The notes beneath the pieces were generated by a model that was not told the DNA's origin, did no database searches, and saw nothing but the letters and a program-made list of their open reading frames with translations. Shown here in pieces: positions 49,819-63,301 of a stretch of DNA of 64,000 nucleotides. Each line of letters begins with the position of its first letter. Positions within the stretch are counted from its first letter, which is position 1. This DNA is from Dendrobates tinctorius (Eukaryota), in NCBI RefSeq assembly GCF_039654945.1, contig NW_027361771.1:17298001-17362000 (forward strand). Direction: 5' to 3'. The position numbers and the translations under genes were made by a program.

Positions 49819-51830
49819 TTTGGTTTGTTTTACAAGTTTCCTTCTGTTTTTGTAGATCCTGGGTATTAAGTCTCACACTTCTTCTGTTCTGGACCTCATG
49901 ATTCGAAGACTTGCTCTCGACCTCTGTTTCTTCAATTTAGATCTATCTCTCCTTTTGGTGTTACCTGGATAAAGTTGGTCTCTTGACGCCTTACAACATG
50001 ATCTGCACTTCTATTATACTATGGACTTCTCCTAAAGGACTCTATCCTTGACCAGATTTGTTTGTCATCTAGACTTATGCCATGAGCATATACAGTTGTT
50101 TTTCTCTATTGCTCTTATGAGTCTTGTATTCTGTTCAATTATGTTTTTCACCCTAGTGTGCTCTGTTACTAGTATATATTTATTTCGTAGATGCCAATGG
50201 GGGGAGCTTGTGGAGAATTTCTATTTCATAGCCGATTTTGGTCTGCTTGAAATGAGCTCTATTGTATTTCTGGATCCTTTTCCTGCATTTACTTATCCCC
50301 TTTCGGATTAGATCATTCTTGGCATTCTACTCAGGGCTTTACACCTTTGGTGTGATTAATTTTTTTTTTTTTTTTACCACTCCATTTTTGGACTGTGTTT
50401 TTGCGCTATTTTGTTTATATATTATGTTAATAAAACGGTATTTTTGACTCTGTTTTTCATGTGGAGCCTTTCCTTTAATAGGACAGGGTGATGCATACCA
50501 TGAATTACGTATGATCAACTTAGGAGCTACACTGTCTTATTCCCTATTATCTGACTCACTGGGGAAATAATATGTCCACTAGTGCGCACATCTCAATTTG
50601 ACTGTAATCTATGTGTTTGCTTATGAGGAGGGTATCGGCATGCACTTTTGTTATTATCACTCCCTTCACTTCAGTAACGGGGAATGGTTGTAAATATCTA
50701 TGATTTAAGTATTTAGCATATTCATGCATTTCAATTATCAGTGTATTCTAGTTGCTATGATGAACAAGTTCTCTGTGTTGCAATCAAATAATTATGCATC
50801 GTGGGTCTTAGCCTTGACCCTACTTTTAGGGCTCATTATCTAGCCGCTACCAAATAAGATGTTTAGAACTAATGTGGCAATTGTAATCTATGTATGCGTT
50901 TCTGTGCTTGACATCGGCATGCACCACTGCTGCTATCCTTACCTGTATTGAAGTAACGGCGAGTTTTCTTATATATTTATGATCTGAGTACTCAGCAGGG
51001 TCACTCATTCTAGTTACCAGCGTTCTCTGGCTATTATGATGAGCAAGCCTCTCTCGCCGTAATTAAGCAATTATGTTTTGCGGTCTATAGCTTTGTCTCT
51101 ATCTTAGGGCGTTACTCATCCCTCATCTTTTATTTATTAATATGATTAGAACTAATGCAGTTATTACAATCTATGCGTGCGTTTTATATGTAGGGTATTA
51201 ATATGCGGCATTACTGGTATTTCACCCTGCACTGTAGCTATGGGGAACTGTCTTAAATATTAAATATTCAGGATCTAAGTATTTGCTTTAGATCCTTGCC
51301 GACTTTTTTGATCACCATGATCACTAACTATCTGTGCACATTTGCCGGTATTGGTGTCTCTTGGTTACTATAATTATCATGTCTTTGGACATGTGCAGTA
51401 TGAGCCACCGTATCTTTTGTATTTACTTGTAAGGAGTGGGTCATACATCTGGCCCTGATTTGATATGCGCTTTCGCACCCTCATATAAAGTGCTTAATTG
51501 AGATACAAGTTTTTCAAGCCGTTATGTATCGCCGATATGTGCGTTCCTTGATTATTATGACTATTAATTCTTGTTGTATAATCGCCGACATCAGCGTCCT
51601 CTAGTTGCTATAACCACCATGCCTTCGGCACATGCGCAGTTTAAGTTACCACGTCTCTCTTGCATGTACCCGGAAGGAGTGGAGAGTTACGGGTTACATA
51701 TCCGGCCCTGGCCTGATGCGCGTCCTTGCTCCTTCACACATTGCGTTCGATCAGACTAAATCTCGCAGCTGCTACTTATCAAGCTTATTATGGTATGTAT
51801 TTATATGACTTTCATTGCACACACTCTCTA

Positions 51831-51872
51831 GCCCCTGACGAATCTACCTTGCGGTAGCGACACGCGTCGGGC
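51831..51872 (+). ncRNA. Hammerhead ribozyme-like motif in 3' pLTR
   Basis: GCCC-CUGACGA-A-UCUACC-UUGC-GGUAGC-GACA-CGCG-UC-GGGC. Confidence 0.6.
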
Positions 51873-52475
51873 AGGACACTCCACAAGCTCCCCCATATGT
51901 AAGAGGGTTATTAGGACATTTTGGGCAATTTTATTTGTGTATTTTCTGTAGAGCATGTTTTGTGTGTCTATCTCTTATATGGCACGACTTGTTCTCATTT
52001 ACCTTGGTTCTACCTTAACCTGTCCCTGCATCTTTACTCATATTGCTGCAGCAGTTTTGTTGGACATTGTTTGAGTCCATACATGGATATTTTTCAGGTT
52101 ATTATTAGTGGTATGTATTGAACCGTGCATATTTTGAATCACTGTTACTGATTACCTTCTGATATATACTGATCTCCTCAGGTTATTTGTTTTTTATACA
52201 CTTTGTTCCACTGCCCAATTATTTTCTCAGCTCTATGGGGGATGCCTGTTTGGCTTTATTAGGAGCCTTGTGTATGATCTGTCATGTGTTATGACTTTTA
52301 ACTGTTTTTATATTTGTGTTGTCAATGGTTGTCAAATAAAAATTATCGTATCTTTTTGGTGATCCCTGCTTTTTTGGTCAGTAGCTTTTCTACATGTATA
52401 TGGTACTATTTTCTTGCTGACTGCAGGAGGATCCCACTATTGTATTTGGTGGTGCCCTCCTTGGTTTCATTATTA

Positions 52476-53165
52476 GACTTCAATATTATCATAACAAGCT
52501 TGAGTTTGCAAAACACGATGAAACCTGGACAATAGAAGGTTGGAAATGGGTGATTTGGAGCAATGAGATGACAGTCAATAGAAAGGGCTCTGTTAGTGGT
52601 AAATGAGTTTGAAAGTTTTCTTAAATTTCTCAATCCATTATCTTTTTCCCTTATTTCTTTCAGTTTCAGTGGAGGAAGCCTGATGATATGGGGTTGTTTC
52701 ATAGCCAAAGGTGTTGAATCCTCGATCTGGATTAATGGTTGTCTCAATGCTGGTCTATATGTGAGTATCCTACAGGATGAGTTACTTTGTACACTCATGC
52801 ACTTTGGGTATGAAAACAACAACAGTATTCCAGCACGAAAATGATCAAAAACATACGTCAAGATTGGCGAAGAAATGGTACAATGAAAATTAAGTAGAGG
52901 TGCTGAATTGGCCCCCGCAGTCTCCAGACCTCAACCCAATCAAACATTTGTGGGTAGAGTTGAAGAAAAAACTATATGTAGCCAAGTGAGTCAACCAACT
53001 TTAGGAGTGTGTAGAAGAGAGCAGGGATCAGATTTCGGTCGAGACATGTTTCAATCTCATCAAGAGTATGCCCAGAAGGATTCAGATAGTGTTGAAACCA
53101 CAGGTAGATTTACAAATTACTAACAAAATAATAAAAATCTAAATTTATATTTTTAAGGAGCAAAA
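52476..53165 (+). mobile_element. Tc1-like transposase fragment
   Basis: [41 protein letters not shown]. Confidence 0.8.
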
Positions 53166-53499
53166 ACACGTTAGATTATACTCACCGGAGGGAGTGGTCC
53201 GGTCCGATGGGTGTCGGGGTCTGGGTCCGGCGCCTCCCATCTTCATACGATGTCACGGTCCGATGGGTGTCGCGGTCTGGGTCCGGCGCCTCCCATCTTC
53301 ATACGATGTCATCCTCTTCTTCCCTTCCACGCACTGCTCTGCCCCAGTCACACAGGAAGAGTGATGCAAAGTGTTTAGCTAACAGCCTATTGATGTCACC
53401 CATAATATTAGCAGGCGGGCTGCTCAGCACTTTATGTATACACCTCACAGAGACAAACACTCCAGTACACTAAGCCAACAAAAAGAGGCCTGTCTGCAT

Positions 53500-54562
53500 C
53501 CTGCAAAAAATGATAAAAAGTGCAATAAAAGATGAAAAAAGAATGCATATGATCAATACATTAAATGAGGTATTGGTTAATATTTTGGCCAAAATAGATA
53601 AGCTCGCAACCCAACGTCAAAGGTCCTCATGCTTGCGAGTCCTAACACTAATTTCAAAAATGGCTTGTATAGAAAAATTCAAAAAAACACATACCATAAT
53701 GATACAGCCTTCCCAAAACCTGTCAGATGACAAATGCACTAGCAGGATGCAGCAGTCCCCCTTTATCAGTTAGGATTTGCAAGCATGAGAACCTTTGGCA
53801 TGGAGTTGCAAGCTTATCTATTTTGGCCACAATATTAGCCAATATCTCATTTAATGTATTTATCACATGCAAAAATTTTTTCATCTTTTATTGTGCATTT
53901 TATCATTTTTTCAGAACCCTCCCAGAAGAAGTTACTGTGAAACGGCATCGGGGTTGGGGATGTGTAGCGGCCTTTTATCTGCTGGTTTACTTCACTATCT
54001 TTATCAATCTCAGGTGATGTAGTCTTTTGCTTTACTTACTTCTCTGTCACTATTGATCAAAAATGTCTTAACCTTTGTATGATTGTACTTAGGACAATGT
54101 CATTTCCTTATTTATACTGGAGCTTATAGTCCGCCCTCAACAAATTCCTTCAAATTAGACTTAGTCCTTTGCACTAAACATTGTATGCATTATGCCTTTT
54201 GATACTAAGTATTATTCTCTACAATAAGCATTGTTTGCACTTTGCCATTATTCTGAATTTGCATCTGATAAAGGATTTGTTTATATGGACAGAACTAAAC
54301 CTGTTGACATTTATGATAGGATTCTGGGCATGAGATTGCATTTATGAATATACTTGAAATGATTTGTGTGCATCAGCTTGCTTCAGTGTTATGAGCCTTA
54401 TATTAGATTGCCTAGGGGGGCGCAGCCTTACTATGGATTACACACATCCCCTCTTTGGAGGTTTATTCCCACCCTGTTTTCCAGTCTTCCCCCTACCCCT
54501 TTTCTTCTGTTTATGTATATTTTAAATCATGTGCCAATAAATTGCTACTTTTTAAAGAAACT
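53500..54562 (+). mobile_element. Possible non-autonomous PLE-derived (retrozyme-like) element with an inverted 5' segment
   Basis: About 130-bp inverted repeat (53507-53637 vs 53780-53910), degenerate hammerhead-like motif at 53915-53955, AATAAA near the end. Confidence 0.35.
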
Positions 54563-54610
54563 ATTGATGAATCTCTCTATATCCTAAGGCGAAAAATGAT
54601 CGCTAGTTAA

Positions 54611-54878
54611 TAGAGTTGAGCGACTTTGGTCGGATCGGGTTTCATGAAACCCGAATGAAACAAAATTTGAGTCGGATGAAACTGGTCCGACTAGAGCAAA
54701 AAAAGTCGGAGTTTCGTCCGAAACCCGACCCCAATGCAAGTCAATGGGGAAAAAAAGTCGCCATTGAGTGGATGAAACTCCGACTTTTTTTGCCCTAATC
54801 GGACCAGTTTCATCCGACTCAAATTTTGTTTCATTCGGGTTTCACGAAACCCGATCCGACCAAAGTCGCTCAACCCTA
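54611..54878. mobile_element. Palindromic hAT-type MITE
   Basis: TAGAGTTGAGCG / CGCTCAACCCTA termini, arms of about 110 bp, TSD CTAGTTAA / TTAGTTAA. Confidence 0.9.
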
Positions 54879-56456
54879 TTAGTTAATATAAGTGTGAGTT
54901 GTTAATTTGGAGTGTCTAGCACTTTTAATTACGTGCTTTGGACCGTAATGTTGAATCAACATTAGTAATCTATCTGACAGATAACTTTCCACTACTATCA
55001 CAGGGACTTTGTATCAGCCAGTGTTTTTTGTCACCAATGGGCTGTTGTTCCCCCTTCTATTTTTGTATTGTGCCTAAGGGCTAATAGGGAGGTAGTTGTT
55101 ACCTTTATTTCCTGTTATGCCTGGTGCTGATCTCTGCCAGCACAGAGCAGTCACAGACGACTCCTGCTGATGATTCAGTGATTTACACTTATGTCACATT
55201 GACAGAGAAGCAGCTTCTCTTTCACTCTTCTCTGTTGATGGGGCATGATTGCCGATGTCATGTTGGTTGAAAGTTGGCTCCAACTATATAACTGTAGTCA
55301 GCTAGTTGTTTTTCAGCATGACATTGGAAGTTGTGCCCCCATCATCAGAGCAGAGTGATAGAGAAATGTTCCTATGTTGATGTGGAGCAGCAGAATCACC
55401 ATCAGGAGCGGTAAGTGACCACTATGAGCCAGGCAATTTCTAGTAAAAAAAAAATCCTAATTACTCTATCACAGGGGTATTGAGAAGAGCCGGGTTATGC
55501 CAAAAAATTAGACCATGCAATGTGACAGGCCACCTTTAAAATGACTTCTGATTGGTGTCTTAAGGTTGTGAAGGGACCAATATCTTTGAATTTCCCCTTC
55601 TGATGTATCAATTAGCTTGCTGCTGTTATTTTTACCTTGGCTGGTTATGTAGATTGAGAGAAATTTATGTTATTTTTGTTTTCTATTTATTTATGCAGAA
55701 TAAAGCAGTCTGTATCCACTATACCGGGGCCATTTATTTGTGTGTTTTTAGTAGGAATCGGTAATTTTAGGCCTTTTTGAGCCCCTGGTAACAGTATCAA
55801 GCTAACACAGATTAAAATGTTGACTCATGAAAGAACCTAATTTACACACGAGGTCAAAATTGTTGGTACCCCTCGTTTAATGACAGAAAACCCCACAATG
55901 GTGACTGAAATCACTTGAATCTGACAAATGTAATAATAAATAAAAAATCTATGAAAATGAACAAATGAAAGTCAGACATTGCTTTTCAACCATGCGTTCA
56001 CAGAATTTTTAAAAAATAAAACTCTTGAAGTAGGCCTGGACAGAAATGATGGTACCGTTAACTTAATATTGTTTTGCACAATCTTTTGAGGTAATCACTG
56101 TAATCAAACGATTCCTGTAACTGTCTGTTAGGGTTGGTAGATTACACTAAATTAAATTAAACTATAAAGTGCAATCACAACCCGGGGTCCACTGTGCAGA
56201 GATGAATAACTGCTGCTAGTGTGAATAATGGCAGATAAAAAAACTACCAAACACAATGCGTTAAAACCAAACAGAGCAAACGGGAAACAAAGTACCTAGC
56301 TCAGCTAACCACCGAGCAGCACTAAAAAAATATAAGTACCAAACTCAGCTAACCACTGAGTGGCACAGAAAATAAAAGTACCAAGCTCAGCTAAACACCA
56401 AGCTGCACAGAAAAATAAGAAAAGTGCAATACCCTGTCAAACCCACAGAGATAGAA

Positions 56457-58275
56457 TAGGGATGGGCGAATCCTGAAATACTCGGAATCGCTAGACTCTA
56501 ACGAGTCCGACTCGGAAACTCGCTATTCGTTGCAAGTCTAGCGAGTCCAATGTTAATGAATGGGGATGCGAGTATTGCAGCGATTCCTGTGCTGCCATTT
56601 TTTTTACTCTTTACTCTCACAAGTGGCCCCTAGCTTAGCGATTTAGAATTCATCCCTAAAGCACAGAAAATCATTTCTACATCACGCTAGAAGCTAAACA
56701 GGAAGTCGCCTGTGCTAACCGATTTACTGCACACGCTGATCTGATATTCTGCACACACAGGCAGATCTGATCTGCACACACAGGGCGATCTGATCTGCAC
56801 ACACAGGGCGATCAGATCTGCACACACAGGCCCACCAAAGATGTGTAGCAGACGTGATACAGAGAGGCTGATCGGCCTGATTGAAGAGTGGCCCCAGCTG
56901 TGGCAGCCAACCCAACCTGGCTATGGTGATGAAAGACAGCGAAATATGGCTTGGAGGTCCATCGCCAGAAGTATGTTCCCGACATTTGATCACGCTGGAG
57001 AAGATGGGCAGGCAAACATGGGTAAGAGTTATGTGATGTCATTTCTTCTATTTTCTTTTACTGTACCCTTTTTTGGATTAGGAGAGAGTGAGATTTCTTG
57101 TGTCACCATTGGCGTCTGTGACGCACTGAAACCGTGGTACCCAGCATCGGGCCGGGATATGCTTCACTGGGGGATGTGATGTGACCCGTGCTGTAGTCTC
57201 AGGGGATGCACAGTGCAAAGGGGATAACTACAGGGGACTGTAATAGGAGGACAATCAAGGCTAGTGATGCGTATTGGCACAGCAGGAAGGTAACGTGCGT
57301 GCTATTAGCTGGTAGCAGAGAAGCCCTGCACTCTCCCTAAAAAAATTGTTTAGTGCGCAAAGGCAGTCACCTAGGTGGACTGTGGTGCTGTCTGCGTCAC
57401 CGCTCTGGGGTGAAGTGCGTGCTGTAACTTAGCAGAGAAGCAATGCACTCTCCCTGAAAAAATTGTTTAGTGCACACAAGAAGGCAGCGTGCGTGCTATT
57501 AGCTGGTGGGATAGATAGCAGCAACGCACTGGTCTGCCACAGAAACAATAACGCTGCAGGGGTAAATATGACCCCAATAATATCTGGTGGAAAAAAAAAA
57601 GAAAATTTGCTCAGCTATGCTTCTGATTTCAGCTCTGATGGAAGCTGAGTGAGTAAGCTAAGCTCTGAGGATGGTGCTGTATGCACTGTAAGGCTGCTCC
57701 TGCCTTTCTCCCTGCCTACAGTCCTCTACAGTACTCCTCCGTCCTGGTAGTTCTGAAAAGAACTTTTGTGTTATATGTGAGGAATCTTGAGGTCCTACAC
57801 TGACTAACAGTCCCTAGATCTGCTCTATGTCTCCAACTCGCCCTACACTAGCTCAGATCGTCACAGGAATGTGCCCAAAATGGCGGGGGCAGGGTTTATA
57901 TACAGCCTTGCCTGTGATACATGACATAGGCATCACGATGGACAGCAGCCAATCATAGTAGTGCTCTTCACAGTTTTCTCACCTAACAAACTAGGCTGTC
58001 TCTGAAAATTAACATATTCTGTATTCTGCGAGTCCCGAATACAGTATATAGGAGTCCTAGACTCGCAAAGACTCGCTGCTGACAGCGGGACACAAAATCG
58101 CTAAGAAACTAGGATTGCTTGTATTAAACTCTGAAAAAACTAGGATTGCCATTGATTTGCATTGGACTCATTACTGTGCGAGTAATCGCTTGGAAACTCG
58201 CAGAGTACCGACTCCTGCGAGTCCCCTACTACTCGCAGAGTAACGAGTCCTAATGAGTAGATTCGCCCATCCCTA
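56457..58275 (+). mobile_element. Non-autonomous hAT-type element carrying a MADF-like exon
   Basis: TIRs TAGGGATGGGCGAATC, 8-bp TSD AGATAGAA (56449-56456, 58276-58283). Confidence 0.92.
56841..57021 (+). CDS. MADF/Myb-SANT-like first exon fragment
   Basis: DTERLIGLIEEWPQLWQ....Y.D..QRNMAW.SIA..MFP, followed by donor G|GTAAGA at 57022. Confidence 0.6.
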
Positions 58276-59025
58276 AGATAGAAGCAAATGGCAAGCTAGG
58301 TGTGAAACCCTATCGTTCTCCCAGGGAAATATAGGCTAGTGGTAGGGTTTGCTCTGTAACTCAGTTGTGCTAACCGCTCACATGACCTGAGACAGATGCT
58401 AAGCAAAGTGGAGTTTTCCCACCCTACACTGCCTGTCAAGACACAGTCACTGGTAAACACCGGCACACACACATGCAAGCAGAGTGGTAGCATATCCACA
58501 TACAATCACAAATGATGATAGCACGCTCGCGTGTGGCGCTGGAAGCCTTTTATTTGCTAGGCTTCACCCCAAACACTCACGCCCAGATGGACAGGGTGTC
58601 GCACGTGGCCCAATCCGGAGCTGCCACATCACCAAAGCAGTCTGCGTCCGAGCACCAATGAGAAGGCGCCTCATCATGGACATGCTCACTAAAAAGATTT
58701 CTGGACTTAGACTCCAGAGGGTAGGGCTGCCTCTGTATACCACTGGTTACCATAGACTTAGCTGGAGAGCCAGCAGTAACCACATGGACACTACGAAGCA
58801 GTACAAGATGCTGGGACCGAAGTCTGTGCTAAGCAACAATCCCAGCAGCCGGGCCTGAATGAGAAAACACAGAGGCAGACAAGACCTGGGATCCATCCCA
58901 CACTGTGGAAGATTCCGACGCCTAACACTGTCAGTGAGACTTCTGCACCCCTTGACAGGTATTTTGGCCCACTCCTCAAGAGCAAACTGCTCCAGCTGTC
59001 TCATGTTTTAAGGTTGCCTTTTCTA

Positions 59026-59511
<486 letters not shown>

Positions 59512-60829
59512 TTATGATTTTTTTTTCAACAACGGTGTCCTCCTTGGTCGTCTCCCATGAAGTCCACTTTGGCTCAAACAACGACGGATGGTGTGATATG
59601 ACACTGATGTTCCTTGAGCTTGAAGTTCACCTTTAATCGGTTTAGAAGTTTTCTGGGCTCTTTTGCTACCATTCATATTATCCGTCTCTTTGATTTGTCA
59701 TCAATTTTCCTCCTGCGGCCACGTCCAGGGAGGTTGGCTACAATCCCATGGAGCTTAAATTTCTGAATAATATGTGCAACTGTAGTCACAGGAACATCAA
59801 GCTACTTGGAGATGGTCTTATAACTTTTACCTTTAAAATGTTTGTCTATAATTTTATTTCTAATCTCCTGAGACAACTCTTTCCTTCGCTTCCTCTGGTC
59901 CATGTTGAGTGTGATACACACCATGTCACCAAACAGCACAGTGAGTATCTGTAGCCCTCTATACAGGCCCACTCACTGATTCCAAGATTGTAGACACCTG
60001 TAATGCTAATTAGTGGACGCACTTTGATTTAACATGTCCCTTTGGTCACATTATTTTCAGGGGTACCATCATTTTTGTCCAGGCCTATTTCATGAGTTTT
60101 ATTTTTTTTAAATTCTGTGGAAGCATGGTTGAAAAGCAATGTCTGAGTTTCATTTGTTCATTTACATAGATTTTTGATTTCATTATTACTTTTGTCAGAT
60201 TTAAGCTATTTCTTTGATCATTTTGGGTTTTTCTGCCATTAAACAAGGGGTACCAACAATTTTGACCACGTGTGTATTTATATAGAAATTTGGGATGGGA
60301 AGGTCCTTATATACTGGTTACTAATCTTAAAATAATAGCTTGCATCCGTCCAAGGAACAAATTATTACATTGAATGGACTGTTTCTAGGCGTAACCAATT
60401 CCTTCCTAGACATCATGATGAATTAGGCAGTGAATTAATAGTAATGGGGTGTCAATTTAGGAGACGACAATACATTGCTGGCTGACACTGAGCCCCGTCA
60501 AGAATTATTTAAAGTGTCTGTCACATGCTTACATTACTAATGCTATAAAAAAAAGTGTTATAAAAACAAAAATACTTTATTTAAAACCAAGCTAACAAAA
60601 CCATTACTCTACACCATCCACTTGATTATTTTATTAACAAACATTCAATACAACTATGCTGGACTGCCTTGGATAACTACATTTAGTGGGTCCAATGTAG
60701 TTCATCAAATTTCATCAAATCCAACATCGTCCATATAATAATAAGAAAAATGAAAAAAATATCTGATAGTTTCACACTCTTTATCTTAATGTACACAGTG
60801 CTGTCCAACTTTTTTGTTTCAGACTTAGC

Positions 60830-61700
60830 CTTACTTATTTTGATAGTAAATGGATGGTGAATCCCAAGGACAATTCTCTGGTGGACCCCGTTTTCTCAGT
60901 CCATAACTGGTTTCAATAGTGCAAATCAGAAAGTTCTCTGGCTGACATTGTGTTTGCAAAGTCAGGGGAGTGTGCTTCCCTACATTAGAGTGGTTGAAAT
61001 GAGAAGACACTCTCCTGGCTACTACTGCAACCTTCCTCAAGCAGATATACTTTTGAAAGAAATGTTGCACAATTAAATTGAGGGCATGTTCCATACAAGT
61101 AGCGTGAGTTGCTTTATTCAACTGCAAAGGATCCAAAATCTTTAGGGCATTGTCAACCTCAAAAACTCCCAGATGTAGTTCACAAGAAACCAAATAATTT
61201 GATTGCTTCTGTGCAAAACTATGTATGCACTGTATGCTTTTCTCACCCATGCTTTCAAGCTGTAAAAAAAGTGGCAGTGCTTTCCATTGCATGAGCAAAA
61301 ATATTTAGGGTGGTGTGTTGATAAAAGCACTGTGACAGGTGACTGTTGAGGACAGGGTCATGTCTGCTGAGCAGCATTCGGAGGAAGTGTAAGAGACAAA
61401 TAATACCCACCAGTTGGTTGAAACATACGCAGCTCCCAGTCTCAGAAGTTTCATCCTCTTTGCCAGTTGTGGTGTTGCATTGCTATTGTCAAAACATAAG
61501 CCCATTGGGCCATGAAATTCAAAGTCATGTATTGTTTGTATTTTTTGCTTGTTTGTATTACATTGCCTATAGTTGCAACTCTGATTACTTCCAACTACCC
61601 AAAAATTATGATGTAACAAATGCCAGGAGATGGGAAAATTGCTTAAAAATGTTGCAACAGCCCAAAGTTTAGTTGTGGAAGGTACAATTGCCAAATATGA
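60830..61700 (-). pseudogene. Ancient hAT transposase relic
   Basis: HATCMEHALNLIVQHF (CxxH motif), ARRVSSHFNHS. Confidence 0.6.
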
Positions 61701-62074
61701 ATTTTAAAATCGGTATGAAAGTAAACATTATCATCCCATCCACTTGACAAAAAATGTAACTTGGAATGCTACATTGGTTAGTAGGTACCTGCACAGAAAG
61801 GAACTTGTGGCATTGAGAGCAGTATCTTTGGAAGCATACTCTTGTTAAAAATAGTGCTTGTGAAACAGTTATGCTAAAATGTACCCACTTTTTATTGCAG
61901 TTCTAGGTATTATTTTTTAAAAATTTTAACCCCTTAACAAAAGTTCAGTGGGGAAGCTGTGTGGGCTGACATACAAGCTGGCATATATATAGGGATAAGC
62001 TACAGATGTGTCTAATCAGTGCTGCGCTCTCATAACCGCATATGATGCGGGTCCACGGCACATGTCACATATAT

Positions 62075-63225
62075 ATTATTATTTATTTATTTATATAGCA
62101 CCATTAATTCCGTGGTGCTGTACATGTGATGGGGATACATCAAAATACAAATATTACTTACAGCAAACAAGCTAACAATGACAGACTGGTACAGAGGAGA
62201 GAGGACCCTGCCCTTGCAGCTTACATTCTACAGGATTATGGGGAAGGAGACAGTAGGTCGGGGGTTACAGTAGCGCCGATGGTGTTGAGGTGGCCGCTTG
62301 GTCATTACAGGTTGTAAGCTTTTTTGAAGAGATGGGTTTTCAGATTCTGTCTGAAGGATCCAAATGTAGTGGATAGCCGAACATGTTGGGGCACAGAATT
62401 CCAGAGGATGGGGATATTCGAGAAATCTTGGAGGTGCTTGGATGAGGAGCGAATAAGTGTGGTGGAGAGAAGGCGGTCTTGAGAGGACCGGAGATTACGT
62501 GAGGGAAGATATTGAGAGATTAGTTTGGAAACATACAGAAGAGAAGGGTTATGGATGGCTTTATTGTTCAGTGTTAGTAGTTTAAACTGGATATGCTGGG
62601 AAATTGGGAGCCAGTGAAGGGATTTGCAAAGAGGGGAAGCAGGAGTGTAGCGAGGAGAGAGATTAATTAGTCGGGCAGCAGAGCAGCAGAGTTAAAGATG
62701 GACTGGTGGGGTGCAAGAGTGTTAGAAGGTAGGCCACAGAGGAGGATGTTGCAATAGTCGAGGCGGGAGATAATTAGGGCATGCACAAGCATTTTGGTAG
62801 AGTGAGGGTGGAGGAAAGGATGGATTCTGGAAATATTTTTGAGCTGGAGGTGACAGGAGGTGGCGAGAGCTTGGATGTGCAATTTGAAGGACAGGGCAGA
62901 GTCAAGGGTTACTCCAAGGCAGTGGATTTCTGGGACAGGGGAAAGTGTGATTTCATTTATTGTGATAGATAGATCAGGTAGGGAAGGTATGCCAGATGAA
63001 GGAAAGATAATTCATTCAGATTTGTTCAAATTAAAACTTGAGGAAGCGAGAGGAGAAGAAAGAGGATATGGCTGATAGACACTCTGGGATTCTGGACAGC
63101 AGAGAGGTGACATCTGGGCCAGAGAGGTAGATCTGAGTGTCATCAATATATAGATGGTACTGGAAGCCATAGGACTTTATGAATTGTCCCAGGCCAAGGG
63201 TATAGATTGAGAAGAGATGGGCTCA
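62075..63225 (-). mobile_element. 5'-truncated L2 LINE
   Basis: [36 protein letters not shown], 3' stem-loop plus (AAT/AAAT)n tail. Confidence 0.9.
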
Positions 63226-63245
63226 AGCACACAAGTGGTGAAGCG

Positions 63246-63251
<6 letters not shown>

Positions 63252-63297
<46 letters not shown>
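63252..63297. repeat. (TA)n microsatellite
   Basis: Direct observation. Confidence 0.95.

Positions 63298-63301
<4 letters not shown>

Larger units (their letters stand above)
44719..52475 (+). mobile_element. Neptune-type Penelope-like element with direct pseudo-LTRs (1.3 tandem units)
   Basis: pLTRs 44719-46584 and 50612-52475, unit length 5893 bp, ORF1 plus RT/GIY-YIG ORF2. Confidence 0.95.
56126..58927 (-). mobile_element. Solo LTR of a sushi-related family
   Basis: TGTTAGG...CCTAACA ends, 5-bp TSD CTGTC (56121-56125, 58928-58932), similar to the LTR at 22923. Confidence 0.9.
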
